Positions 1 to 11,869 of a stretch of DNA of 64,000 nucleotides are shown here, piece after piece. The notes under the pieces were generated by a model, which saw nothing but the letters and a program-made list of their open reading frames with translations, was not told the origin of the DNA and made no database searches. A program made the translations under genes and the position numbers. The stretch comes from Mobula hypostoma (taxonomy: Eukaryota): contig NC_086097.1 in assembly GCF_963921235.1 (NCBI RefSeq), forward strand, positions 117,802,001 to 117,866,000, in the 5' to 3' direction. The first letter of the stretch is position 1, and every line of letters begins with the position of its first letter.

Positions 1-697
1 TGTGTGGACTTGAACTCTATCCTTCAGCTCATCAACATTCATTGTAATCCTGCCAGTTCCTCTCTATTTCCTGCCCCGATTTCACTTATTAGTACACGTC
101 ACCTCACACTTGTTGGGAGTAAATCCCTTCTCTCGATATTCTACCCAGGTCTCCACCTGATCTATAACCTGCTGTAGCCATAGACAACCTTCCTCACTCT
201 CCACAACACCACCAACTTCTTCAACGTCCACATACATGCTAACTATGCTTCCTATGTTCACATCTAAATCATTGCTATATATCAAAAACAACAAGGATTC
301 CAGCACCAGTCCCTGTGATACATCACTGGTCACAAACTTCCAATGAGGAAATCTACTTTCCACCATTACCCTTTGTGTCACCAAGCCAATTTTGGATCCA
401 ATTAGCCAGCTCACCTCGGATTCCATGTACCTCAACTTTCAGGACCAGCCTACCATATGAGACCTTGTCAAGTGCTTCACCAAAATCCATATCGACAATG
501 TTTACCACCCTACCTTTATCAGTCTTAGTTAACTCCTCAAAAAACTCTATCAAATCACTAAGACAAGATTTCCCTCTCAGAAAGCCACGTTGGTCTACTC
601 TAGGCAGCCTATGCTTTCCAAATGTACATAAATCGCAATCTTGAGGAAGTTTTCCGATAATTTCCCTACCACTGACATAAAGTTCACCAGCTTGTAG
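1..697 (-). mobile_element. CR1 LINE ORF2 (RT) fragment, decayed
   Basis: Minus ORFs give CR1 RT-like motifs: IEFFEELTK..VNIVDMDFGEALDKV, WIQNWL, VSQGLVLESLLFLIYSNDLD. Confidence 0.85.
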
Positions 698-1830
698 TTA
701 TAGAGTCACAGAGTCATAGAACAGTACAGCAAAGAAATAAGCCCTTTGGACCACCTAATACGTGCCAAACTATTAATCTGCCTAGTCCCATCGATCTGCA
801 CCTAGACTATAGCCCTCTATACATCTCTCACCTGTGTGCCTATCCAAATTTCTCTGAAGTATCAATCCCACATCCACCACTTCCACAGGCAGCTTGTTCC
901 ACACTCTCACCATCCTCTGAGCGAAGAAATTCCCTTTTATGTTTCCCTTAAACATTTCACCTTTCACCTATGATCTCTAGTTCTTGTCTCACCCAACTTC
1001 AGTGAGAAAACCCTGCTTATGTCCACCTTGTCTATACCCCATCACAATTTTGTATCCCTCTATCAAATCTCCCCTTATTGTCCTACACTTCAGGCAATAA
1101 TGTCTAAGGCACTACCATGGCTCTAGGGCGCTATGCTAGCTTAGCAGTAAGCGTGACACTATTATAGCTCGGGGTGTCAGAGTTCAGAGTTCAATTCCCA
1201 TACCACCTATAAGGAGTTTGTTCACTCTCCCCGCGACCACGTGGTTTTCATTGGGGTGCTGTGGTTTCCTCCCATCGTCCAAAAGCATACTGGTTAGTAG
1301 GTTAATTGATCATTGAAAATTGTCCTGTGCTTTGGCTAGGCTTAAATAGGTGGGTTGCTTGGACAGCATGGCTTGTTGAGTCAGAAAGGCCTGTTCCGCA
1401 CTCTGTCTCTAAAAATGTAAAATAAATAAGACCTAACCGATTCACCATTATGTATAACTCAGGTCCTCAAGTCCCGGCAACATCTTTGTAAATTTTCTCT
1501 GCACTCTTTCAAACATGTAGGTAGGTGACCAGAACTGCAGTCAATGCTCCAAAGTAGGCCTCACCAAGGTCTTAAACAGCTTCAAAATAACTCCCAATTC
1601 CTGTATGGTCAGCACTTTGGTTTATAAAGGCCAATGTGTCAAAAGCTCTCTTTAAGATCCGATCCACCTGTGACATTACTTTCAAGGATTATGGATCTGT
1701 ATTCCCAGATGTCTCTGTTCTACCACAGTCATCAATGCCCTACCACTCACCATGTAAATCCTACCCTGGTTTGTCCTCCATTACATTAAATTCCACTTGC
1801 CATTTTTCAGCCTATTTTCCAGCTGATCCA
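698..1830 (-). mobile_element. CR1 LINE 3' end, split by a SINE
   Basis: Tail repeats (atagagtcac agagtcatagaa) at about 700-720; ORF2 C-terminus KGNFFAQRMVRVWNKLP; CR1 sequence resumes after about 1425. Confidence 0.8.
1108..1424 (+). mobile_element. tRNA-derived V-domain SINE (HE1/V-SINE-like)
   Basis: B-box-like gttcaattccc, then V-domain ggagtttgttcactctccccgcgaccacgtggttttc..ggtttcctccc; imperfect TSD aataatgtctaa / aataagacctaa. Confidence 0.75.
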
Positions 1831-1924
1831 AGTTCCATCCTGCTAATAGCCTTATCTGGTTCAATCCTGCTGATTTTCTGAAGTAAAGAAACAATTCAGC
1901 TTCCCTCCAGTCTTCACCTTAATT

Positions 1925-3638
1925 TGAACAATTTCTTTTCTTCGGTATTCACTAAGGAGAAGGATATTGAATTATGTAAGGTAAGGGAAACAAGTAGGGT
2001 AGTTATGGAAACTATGACGATTAAAGAAGAGGAAGTACTGGCGCTTTTAAGGAATATAAAAGTGGATAAGTCTCCGGATATTCCCTAGGACCTTGAGGGA
2101 AGTTAGTGTGGAAATAGCGGGGGATCTGACAGAAACATTTCAAATGTCATTAGAAACAGGGATGGTGCCGGAGGATTGGCATACTGCTCATGTTGTTCCA
2201 TTGTTTAAAAAGGATTCTAAGAGTAAAACTAGCAATTATTGGCCTGTGAGTTTGACGTCAGTGGTGAGTAAATTGATGGAAAGTATTCTTAGAGATGGTA
2301 TATATAATTATCTGGATAGACAGGGTCAGATTAGGAACAGTCAACATGGATTTGTGCGTGGAAGGTCATATTTGACAAATCTTATTTAATTTTTTGAAGA
2401 GGCTACCAGGAAAGTTGATGAGGGTAAAGCAGTGGATGTTGTCTATATGGACTTCAGTAAGGCCTTTGACAAGGTTCGACATGGAAGGTTAGTTAGGAAG
2501 GTTCAATCATTAGGTATTAATATTGAAGTAGTAAAATGGATTCAGCAGTGGGTGGATGGGAGATGCCAAAGAGTAGTGGTGGATAACTGTTTGTCGGATT
2601 GGAGGCTGGTGATAGTGGTGTGCCTCAGGGATCTGTACTGGGTCCAATTTTGTTTGTCATATATATTAATGATTTGGATGATGGGGTGGTAAATTGGATT
2701 AGTAAGTATGCAGATGATGCTAAGATAGGTGGAGTTGTGGATAATGAAGTAGGTTTTCAAAGCTTTCAGAGAGATTTAGGCCAGTTAGAAGAGTGGGTTG
2801 AAAGATGGCAGATGGAGTTTAATGCTGATAAATGTGAGGTGCCACATTTTGGTAGGACTAATCAAAATATGACATACATGGTACATGGTAGGGCGTTGAA
2901 GAACGCATTAGAACAGAGGGATCTAGGAATAATGGTGCATAGTTCCCTGAAGGTGGAATCCCATGTGGATAGGGTGGTGAAGAAAGCTTTTGGTATGCTG
3001 GCCTTTATAAAACAGAGCATTGAGTATAGGAGTTGGGATGTAATATTGAAATTATATAAGGCATTGGTAAGGCCAAATTTGAAGTATTGTATACAGTTCT
3101 GGTCACCGAATTATAGGAAAGATGTCAACAAAATTGAGAGAGTACAGAGAAGATTTACTAGAATGTTACCTGGATTTCATCTCCTAAGTTACAGAGAGAG
3201 GTTGAACAAGTTGAGTTTTTATGCTTTAGAATGTGGAAGGTTGAGGGGGGACTTGATAGAGGTATTTAAAATTATGTGGGGGATAGATAGAGTTGACGTG
3301 GATAGGCTTTTTCCATTGAGAGTGGGGGAGATTCAAACAAGAGGACATGAGTTGAGAGTTAAAGGGCAAAATTTAGGGGTAACACGAGGGGGAACTTCTT
3401 TACTCAGAGAGTGGTAGCTGTGTGGAACGAGCTTCCAGCAGAAGTGGTTGAAGCAAGTTCGATGTTGTCATTTAAAGTTAAATTGGACAGCTATATGCAC
3501 AGGAAAGGAATGGAGGGTTATGGACTGAGTGCAGCTTGGTGGGACTAGGTGAGAGTAAGAGTTCGGCACGGACTAGAAGGGCTGAGATGGCCTGTTTCCG
3601 TGCTGTAATTGTTATATGGTTATATATGGTTATATGGT
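1925..3638 (+). mobile_element. 5'-truncated CR1 LINE (RT and 3'UTR), relatively well preserved
   Basis: ORFs 2093-3417 carry PEDW..VVPLFKK, NYWPVSLTS, QHGF, DFSKAFDKV, GVPQGSVLGP, KYADD; 3' tail (gttatatg)n at about 3610-3638. Confidence 0.95.
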
Positions 3639-3639
3639 T

Positions 3640-4650
3640 CTTGGATCTCAGCAGCATCTAATGAAAAAATCTCCTTATCAACACTTATGTGTCCCATAAA
3701 TCTAATATTGTCTCCTTCTTAGTTGTAACTAGCATTTGATTATTTATGGACCAGCTCTCCGAGCTCTCTGTCTACACAATCTTTCTCCTTGGTGAATGCA
3801 GGTGACAAGTATCCATTCAAATTAAACTCCTCAGGTATTTCTCCAGCTAGCCTTATAGAATGTCTCCTTAATTTTACTTTCCAAAGGTATTTCATGCCTC
3901 CCCTCTTCTCCTCTTAATTTCTTTCACACTTTTCCTCAAGACACTCTTTTGATCCCAGTTGCCCATACTGGCCATGTTTGTAAACCTTCAATATCTTCTG
4001 TCGTTCACAGTTTCTTCATCTTTTTCCTTCAACCTGACCACAAAGTCTCTGCCTTAAAAGGCACCCTTTTGTCAGCAGCTGTTTTACCTTCAAGCATCTT
4101 CTCACAATCTGCCTTCATCTGGCCCTCACTTGTTCTATTGAAAGCAGCCTTTCCACAATTCAAAACCTTGCCTTGAGCATCAACTCAGCCTTCGTGCAAC
4201 TGACTTGACATCTACTGAATTATGGTCACCGTCGCTAATGTTTTCTCCCACCAGCAGCTGAATCGCCTGTCCAGATTAATTTATTAATATCAGATCAATC
4301 TTGCCCTATTTCGTGTGTACTTTCTACATAACGTATCACAAAAGTTTGATGAATTCACTGAACACATTCCACCCAATTTCAGCCTCTTACACTAAAGCAT
4401 CCCAGTTAACATTTAGGGAATTATATTTCCCCACTAATAAAAGCCTACTGCTCTTTCATGTTCCTGCCGTTTGCTTACCATGCCCAATCTTTTACTGCTT
4501 ATCAGAAGGCCTAGAGTACATCTTCAGCACAATTATCATCCCTCGCTTATTCCTAAATTCTACTCATAAAGTCTCACTGGACAATCCCTCCAAGGTATCT
4601 TATCTCATTACTGCTGTACATTTCTCTGTAATCTGTGGTGTGACTGCCCC
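3640..4650 (-). mobile_element. Old CR1 ORF2 (APE/tether) remnant
   Basis: Degenerate CR1-like coding on the minus strand, many stops. Confidence 0.55.
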
Positions 4651-4941
4651 TGCCTTGGTTTTGTGGTGTTTGCTGAGCTTGGCGATTAGTTTGCAGACTT
4701 TTCATCACCAGTCGAGATGACATCCTCAGTGTGCAGTTGTTGGTGTTTCTCTCTGAGAGTGCTGGCATTTATATAGACATCTATTTGCTTGCTTTAGTTC
4801 TGATTGGCAACCCGTTCAGTTGACCTTTGAATTCTATTGGCTCCTGTTTCTTTGGCTTTTAGGGGTTTGTAGTTGGCATTGATGTCGATATGTTTGATTA
4901 CAGAGTCATCAGAAGAGAGCCACGCTTCTAAAATTTCTCGT

Positions 4942-5163
4942 AAACAACAGGAATTCTGCAGATGCTGGAAATTCAAGCAACACACATCAAAGTTGCTGGT
5001 GAATGCAGCAGGCCAGGCAGCATCTCTAGGAAGAGGTACAGTCGACGTTTCAGGCCGAGACCCTTCGTCAGGGCGAAGGGTCTCAGCCTGAAACGTTGAA
5101 TGTACCTCTTCCTAGAGATGCTGCCTGGCCTGCTGTGTTCACAGCAACTTTGATGTGTGTTGC
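4942..5163. mobile_element. Palindromic mini Penelope-like element (family A termini only)
   Basis: About 90-bp inverted arms 4977-5067 and 5074-5163; 14-bp TSD ctaaaatttctcgt (4928-4941) / ctaaaaattctcgt (5164-5177). Confidence 0.9.
5036..5072 (-). ncRNA. Minimal hammerhead ribozyme core in Penelope terminal repeat
   Basis: Minus strand reads CTGACGA-AGG gtctcgg CCT-GAAAC-GTC-GACTG (CUGAnGA box, stem II, GAAA, GUC site). The 5' strand of stem I (CAGTC in other copies) is removed by the inversion. Confidence 0.65.
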
Positions 5164-5336
5164 CTAAAAATTCTCGTGTCTGTTTCATATCTTTCCTGTG
5201 CCAGAACTTCCATGGTATCCATGGTATGCCAGTTAAAATCATGTCCTTCTCGGTCTTCATGTACCAGATCAGCAGCAGTGGATCATGTCTCCGCACTGCC
5301 AGTTTCTGTTCTTGTAAGCCAGTTGAGAGTTCACAT

Positions 5337-6149
5337 CAGTGTTTCCCAACCTTTTTTAGCCCAATGCTCCTAAAGATCTTTCATATTTAGCAATGCTCCC
5401 TTGGGCACAATATACTTTCCAGCACCTCCATAGTGTAAAAACATATTTACCACATGCAGCTTTGATATCAGTGATGGTTTTTACCTTGAGCTAAATGGTT
5501 TTTAGCAAGAGTTGAAATACCTGCTTCATGTTGTAACAGCAAAAGCATACTAAGTTCCAATGCATAATAATTGCCAAACAGTTTCTGTTTTTTGAGAGTT
5601 TATATATCACTGCACTGAAGCCTCTTTCAACAAGGAAGAAGGATGGAAATGCAATGGCTCTTCTCAAAAGACTAGGAAACTTCGTATGACAGTGTAGTCA
5701 CAAACCAAACAAGCCAGCGTTTTTGAAAAGCAATTTTGCTTCCTCATCAATTTGAACTTTGATAATTTCTTCTTGCAAGCTCTCTTCCTGTTCTTCCATC
5801 TTGCAAAGAAATGGGTTAATTACGCAGTCTGGAATTTCCAGATCATATAAATCCTTGAATCGTTTCTGAAAATCCTTCTTCGGGGACTGCAGATATAAGC
5901 AGCACTCTTGCAAATCACCCTCTGTGAAAGAGAGTGCCATACTTTCCATGGAGGGAAACTGTGAGAACATGCTTCTTCCAATGTTTTGATTATATATTTC
6001 CAATTTTCCAATAAACATGGACGCTGCACTTCCTGCCTGGATAAAATAAAATATTGAAAGCCGTCCGACAACTTCTATTTCCCCTAATGCTCCCTTAGGA
6101 CATATAACAACCCTCTTGGGATTGGTACCGCCCTGGTTGGGAATCACTG
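5337..6149 (-). mobile_element. hAT (Charlie/Buster-type) DNA transposon, internally deleted
   Basis: TIRs cagtgtttcccaacc / ggttgggaatcactg; transposase C-terminal peptides KRFKDL..VINPF..LQEEII and IAFPSFFLVERGFSAV. Confidence 0.9.
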
Positions 6150-6429
6150 GAGTACGTCCTGGGCAACGTAGTACTTGTTGCAGTCTACACAGATGATCAT
6201 GTACCCCACATAGTTTTGTCATTTGTCTTTACGGGTACCTTGGTCAATGAGACAAGCTTCCTTAAAGTCATTGTTGGTGGTGTATATGCAATTGTGTTGC
6301 TATGATGTTCAAGCAATCGAGTGGTAATTTCTGAGATATTCTTGCTGTAGTCCCTCCCTCTTTCATTCCTCTCTGACACATCTGAAAACTCTATACCTTG
6401 GAACAATAAGCTGCCAATGATCAAATAAC

Positions 6430-7315
6430 ATCATAAGACCATAAGATATCAGAACCAAATAAGGCCATTTAGCCATTGGGTCTGCTCCACCATTTCATCA
6501 TGCCTAATCCATTTTTCCTCTCTGCCCCAATCTCCTGACATACCCCACTCCCAGTCTGTATCCATTCATAAGACCGGAAGACCATAGGAGCAGAATTAGG
6601 CCATTCAGCCCATCGACATTCCTCTGCCATCCCATCATGGCTGATCCCAGATCCCGCTCAACCCAATACACCTCCCTTCTCACCATTTCCTTTGATGCCT
6701 TGACCAATCGGGAAACTATCTTCTGCTCTGAGGTAGAGCATTCCACAGATTCATCACTCTCTGGCTAAAAAAAAAAAATTCTTCCTTACCTCTGTTCTAA
6801 AAGGTTGCACCTCAATTTTGAGTCAGTGCCCTGTAGTACTAGATACCTCACCATAGGAAACATCCTCTTCACATCAACCTTATTTTGTTTTTTCAACATG
6901 CAGTAGGTTTCAACAAGATTCCCACACATTCTTCAAAATTCCAGTGACTACGGACCCAAAGCTGCCAGACACTCCTGATATGTTAACCCCTTCATTCCCA
7001 GAATCCTTCTCGTGAACCTCTTCTGGATTCTCTCCAATGACAATACATCTTTTCTGAGATAGGAAGTCCAAAACTCCTGACAATACTCCAAGTACTTTCT
7101 GTTCAGTGTCTTAAAGCCTCAGTGTTATCTCATTGCAGTTACTTCTATTTCCCTTGAAATAAATGCATTTCCCTTCTTTACCACAGACTCAATCTGTAAA
7201 TTAACCTCTTGGGAGTCTTGCATGAACACTCCAAAGTCCCTCTACACTTCTGATGTCTGAATTTATTCCCCATTTTGATAATAGTCTGCACTATTGTGCC
7301 TTTTACCAAAATTCA
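6430..7315 (-). mobile_element. CR1 3'-end fragments (two stacked tails)
   Basis: cataagaccataagata tail followed by CR1 3'UTR-like ggccattcagccc..; second tail at about 6575. Confidence 0.75.
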
Positions 7316-8677
7316 TTAAGAACATAAGAACATAAGAACATAAGAAATAGGAGCAGGAGTCGGCCATCTGGCCCGTCAAGCCTGCTCCACCATTCAATAA
7401 GATCATGGACTCATCTCCACCTACCTGCCTTTTCTCCATAATCATTAATTCCTCTATTATGCAAAAATCTATCCAACCATGTCTTAAATATATTCACTGA
7501 GGTAGTCTCTACTGCTTCATTGGGCAGAGAATTCCATAGGTTCGCCACTCTTGGAAAAGTAGTTCCTCCTCATCTCTGTCTTTAATTTACTCCCCTGAAT
7601 TTTTATCCATATCCCCTAGTTCTGGCCTCATCTACCAGTGGAAGCAACTTTCCTACCTCTATCTTATCTATCCCTTTCATAATTTTAAAAGCTTCTTTAA
7701 GATCTTCTCTAATCCTTCTGAAATCCAGTGAGTATAGTCCAAGGTGACTCAATCTCTCCTCATAGTCCAACCCCCTCATTTTTGGAATCAAACTGGTGAA
7801 CTTCCTCTGCACTGCCTCCAAAGCCACTATATCCTTACTGAAGTAAGGAGACTAGAACTACACTCAGTAGTCCAGGTGCATCCTCACCAGTACCCTGTAC
7901 AGTTGCAGCATATCCTCTCTGCTCTTAAATTCAATCCCTTTAGCAATGAAGGCCAACGTTCCATCTGCCTTCTTGATAGCCTGCTGCACCTGCAAACCAA
8001 CCTTTTGCGATTCATGCACAAGCACTCTCAAGTCCTCCTGCACAGCAACATACTGTAATCTTTTACCTTCCAAAGTAGATGACCTTGCATTTACCAACAG
8101 TGTACTCCATCTGCTATACCCTTGCCCACTCACTTAACCTATCTATATCTCTCTACAGGCTCTTAGCATCCTTCGCATAATTTGCTTTTCCACTCAATTT
8201 AGTGTCATCAGCAAACTCAGATACACGACACTCGATCTCATCTTCCAGATCGTTAAAGCATGTCACAAACAACTGAAGGCTCAGCGCCGACCCCTGTGGC
8301 ACACCGCTCACCACTGATTGACAACCAGAGAAACATCCACATATCCCAACTCTCTGCTTTCTGTTGGTTAACCAATCCTCTATCTATGCTAATACATCAC
8401 CCCCAACTCAATGCATCCTTATCTTATGGCTAAGTCTTTTATGTGGCACTTTATCAAACACCTTCTGGAAATCCAAGTAAATAACATCCATCTGTTCCAT
8501 TCTATCCAATGCACTTGTTACATCCTCAAAGAACTCCAGTAAGTTTGTCAAACAGGAGCTGCCTTTGCTGCGTCTGCTGATGGATCCATTTCTTTCCAGA
8601 TGCCTTGCTATTTTTTCTTTAATGATAGCTGCAAGCATTTTCCCAACTACAGATGTTAAAGTAACTGGCCTATAGTT
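7316..8677 (-). mobile_element. CR1 LINE RT and 3'UTR
   Basis: (aagaacat)x3 tail at 7318-7345; NYRPVTLTSVVGK, SCLTNLLEFFE, YLDFQKVFDKVPH, LEAVQRKFT. Confidence 0.92.
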
Positions 8678-9580
8678 ACACACATCAAAGTTGCTGGTGA
8701 ACGCAGCAGGCCAGGCAGCATTTCTAGGAAGAGGTACAGTCGACGTTTTGGGCCGAGACCCTTCGTCAGGATTAACTGAAGGAAGAGCTAGTAAGAGATT
8801 TGAAAGTGGGAGAGGGAGGGGGAGATCCAAAATGATAGGAGAAGACAGGAGGGGGAGGGATGGAGCCAAGAGCTGGACAGGTGATTGGAAAACGGGATAT
8901 GAGAGGATCATGGGACAGGAGGCCCTGAGAGAAGGAAAAGGGGGAGGGGGGAAAACCCAGAGGGGGGCAAGGGGTATAGTTAGAGGGACAGAGGGAGAAA
9001 AAGGAGAGAGGGAGAAAGAATGTGTGTATATAAATAAATAACAGATGGGGTACGAGGGGGAGGTGGGGCATTAGCGGAAGTTTAAGAAGTCAATGTTCAT
9101 GCCATCAGGTTGGAGGCTACCCAGACGGAATATGAGGTGTTGTTCTTCCGACCTGAGTTTGGCTTCATCTTTACAGTAGAGGAGGTCGTGGATAGACATA
9201 TCAGAATGGGAATAGGATGTGGAATTAAAATGTGTGGCCACTGGGAGATCCTGCTTTCTCTGGCAGACAGAGCGTAGGTGTTCAGCAAAACGATCTTCTA
9301 GTCTGCGTCGGGTCTCGCCAATATATAGAAGGCCACATCGGGATCACCGGACACAGTATATCACCCCAGCTGACTCACAGGTGAAGTGTCGCCTCACCTG
9401 GAAGGACTGTCTGGGGCCCTGAATGGTGGTAAGGGAGGAAGTGTAAGGGCATGTGTAGCATTTGTTCCAATTACAAGGATAAGTGCCAGGAGGGAGATCA
9501 GTGGGGAGGGATGGGGGGGACGAGTGGACAGGGGAGTCGCGTAGGGAGCGACTCTATGAGTCGGCTGGGGTGATATATGT
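8678..9580 (-). mobile_element. Penelope-like element (family A): GIY-YIG and terminal repeat
   Basis: Minus strand ESAGVIYCVR*SRCGLLYIGETRRRLEDRFAEHLR; terminal repeat shared with 4977-5067. Confidence 0.9.
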
Positions 9581-11360
9581 CACCTCTTTCTATTGATTTG
9601 ATTTCAATTTTACCAAGAGAACAATGCCGCCCCTCTGCCTTTCTGCCTGTCCTTTTTAATACAATGTGTATTCTTGGACATTAATCTCCCAGCCTGAAAG
9701 TGATGTCTACAACATCAGACCTGCCAATCTACAACTGTTCTGCAAGTACACCTACCTTATTCTGTATACAGCGCACATTCAGATCCAACACCTTCAGTCC
9801 TGAATTCACCCTTTTCAATTCTGTCTGCTTTCCACATTGCAACTCATTCTTTTACTGCAATTTTGCCCTATTAGCAGCCTCTCCCCTCTACACATTACCT
9901 CTGTTTGTAAACCAGCTACCCTCATCTTCAGCACTATTATCCGCCTTTCCTATGATACTTCTTGCATTGAAGTATACGAATCTCAGGACACTGGTCACAC
10001 TATGTTCAACCTTTTGATTCCTAACTTTGTCTGATGTCTTACTGGCATCTGCCTCCACAACCTCTCCACTAACTGTTCTGGTGCTTTGTTTCCCATCCCC
10101 TGGCAACTCTACTTTAAACTCCACTGGGCAGCACTAACAAGCCTTCCAGCTAGGATATCAGTCACTTTCCAGTTCAAGTGTAAATCGTCTCTTCTGTACA
10201 GGTCCCACCTTCCCTGGAACAGGGCCCAATGATCCAAAACTCTTATACCCTTCCTCCTACACCAACTCCTTAGCCATGTTTTAAACTGCATAATCTTCCT
10301 AGTTCTGGCCTCACTAGCATGTGGCACAGGTAGCAATCCTAAGATCACAACCCTGGAGCTCCTGTCCTTTAACTTAGCACCTAACTCTCTGAACTCCCAA
10401 TGCAGAATATCGTCACTCATCCTACCCATGTCATTGGTACCTACATGAACCATGATTTCTGGCTGCTCACCCTCCCTCTTAAGGGTACTGAGGGCTCGAT
10501 CTGAGATATTTCAGACCCTGGTACCCGGGAGGCAACGTACCATCCGGGAATCTTGTTCTGGCCTACAGAAACTCCTGTTCGTTCCCCTAACTAACACATT
10601 CCCTATCACCACAGTGCACCTCTTCTCCCCTCTTCTCTTTTGAGTCACAGAGGCAGACTTGGTGCCAGAGACCTGACCACTGTGACTTCCCTCTGTTTGG
10701 TCAATCTCCTGACAGTAGCCAAAGTGCTATACATGTGGTTGAGAGGTGGCCATGGGGTATGCTGCTTTGGTTCTTTACCCTCTTTACCCTTCCTGACTGG
10801 CACACAGTTTCCAGTCTCCTGCATCTTGGGTATAACTACCTTTCTGTATGCCCTTTCTATCACCCCCTCAGCCTCCTGAGTGTATCCAGTTCCTGCTCCA
10901 ACTCCCTGACACAGATTGTTAGAAGCTGGATGCACTTCACGCAGTTGTAGTCATCAGGGACATTGGAGGTATCCATGCCTTCCCACCTCCCACAAGAGGA
11001 GCACTCAACTATCCTGCCTGACATCTCTATGATCCTAGCTGAGCAGATATAAAAAAGGGAAGGGAAAAAAAAACTTAAGCTTTTCTTTTGCTTTCTCTGA
11101 CTGAAGCCTCTCTTCGCTGAAGTCTCAAGATCACCACTCTGACTCTGTCCACTCAGACAATGGCCACTGCGCTTGCCCCTGCCTTCCTTTAATTTGCTTT
11201 TGCTGATCAATCTGAAACACCAATTGGTCACTGGTCAAAGCTCTGTTTGCTGTAGTAACCCACTGCTGTCTTGTGTACTTGGACAGTGGACCTGATTGAA
11301 ATCTCCTCCTTTTGAAACTTCCAGTGTCCAGACTGGCCACTGGTCAAAGCTCTTTGACCA
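9581..11360 (-). mobile_element. CR1 5' region: 5'UTR, ORF1 (Zn finger/leucine zipper and SGNH esterase), ORF2 APE start
   Basis: VECSSCGRW..YNCVKC..VRELEQELDTLRRLR; VHVGTND..SRVVILGLLPVP..DDLHLN; FVYFNARSI; repeated ggtcaaagctct units in the 5'UTR. Confidence 0.9.
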
Positions 11361-11869
11361 TAATTCCAAGAGCTGACCCATTCTCTAAACTCATCTACAT
11401 TATCTGTGAGTCTTTTGCATTAAAGTAATTGCAGTTGGGTCTGCCAGTCCTCACCTACCTCTGTCTGCTCTATCCAGTGGACTAGCTTAATTTTTCTACA
11501 TTTTTCTTAGCACTGGCTACACAGCTTCTATGCTTCTTTCCCTCCTTCTAAGTTAACTCAAACCCTCATGAGTAGAATGGGCAAACATCACTGCAAGGAT
11601 ATTGGACCCATTAAGTTTACAAAGTGCTCTCTTCGTATGGTACCACAAATCTAAAGCAATAATGCTTAAAATATTTAAAGCAGTCCCTCCAGCATGGCAC
11701 GTAAAACAGGGCAGCACAGTAAGGCCCTTTGGCCTCTGATGTTGTGCCAACCTTTTAACCGACTCCAAGATCAAACTAACCCTTCCCTCCTACATAGCCC
11801 TCCATTTTTCTTTCATCCATGTTCCTATCTAAGTGTCCCTTAAATGTTCCTAATATCCGTAATGGAATA

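Larger units (their letters stand above)
4660..6360 (-). mobile_element. Penelope-like element (family B), GIY-YIG end, interrupted twice
   Basis: Minus-strand peptides YSKNISEITTRLL..AYTPPTMTLRKLV, ICVDCNKYYV, RRHDPL, REILEAWLSS..IKHIDINANYKPL; decayed hammerhead-like motif at 4691-4735. Confidence 0.8.

Noticed and set aside
5600..6050. Domesticated ZBED/SCAND3-like gene
   Set aside because: Only a C-terminal fragment between TIRs, with stops.
8408..9071. Pro/Ser/Leu-rich and Gly/Arg-rich ORFs
   Set aside because: Translations of the purine/pyrimidine-skewed Penelope terminal region, plus a CR1 junction.
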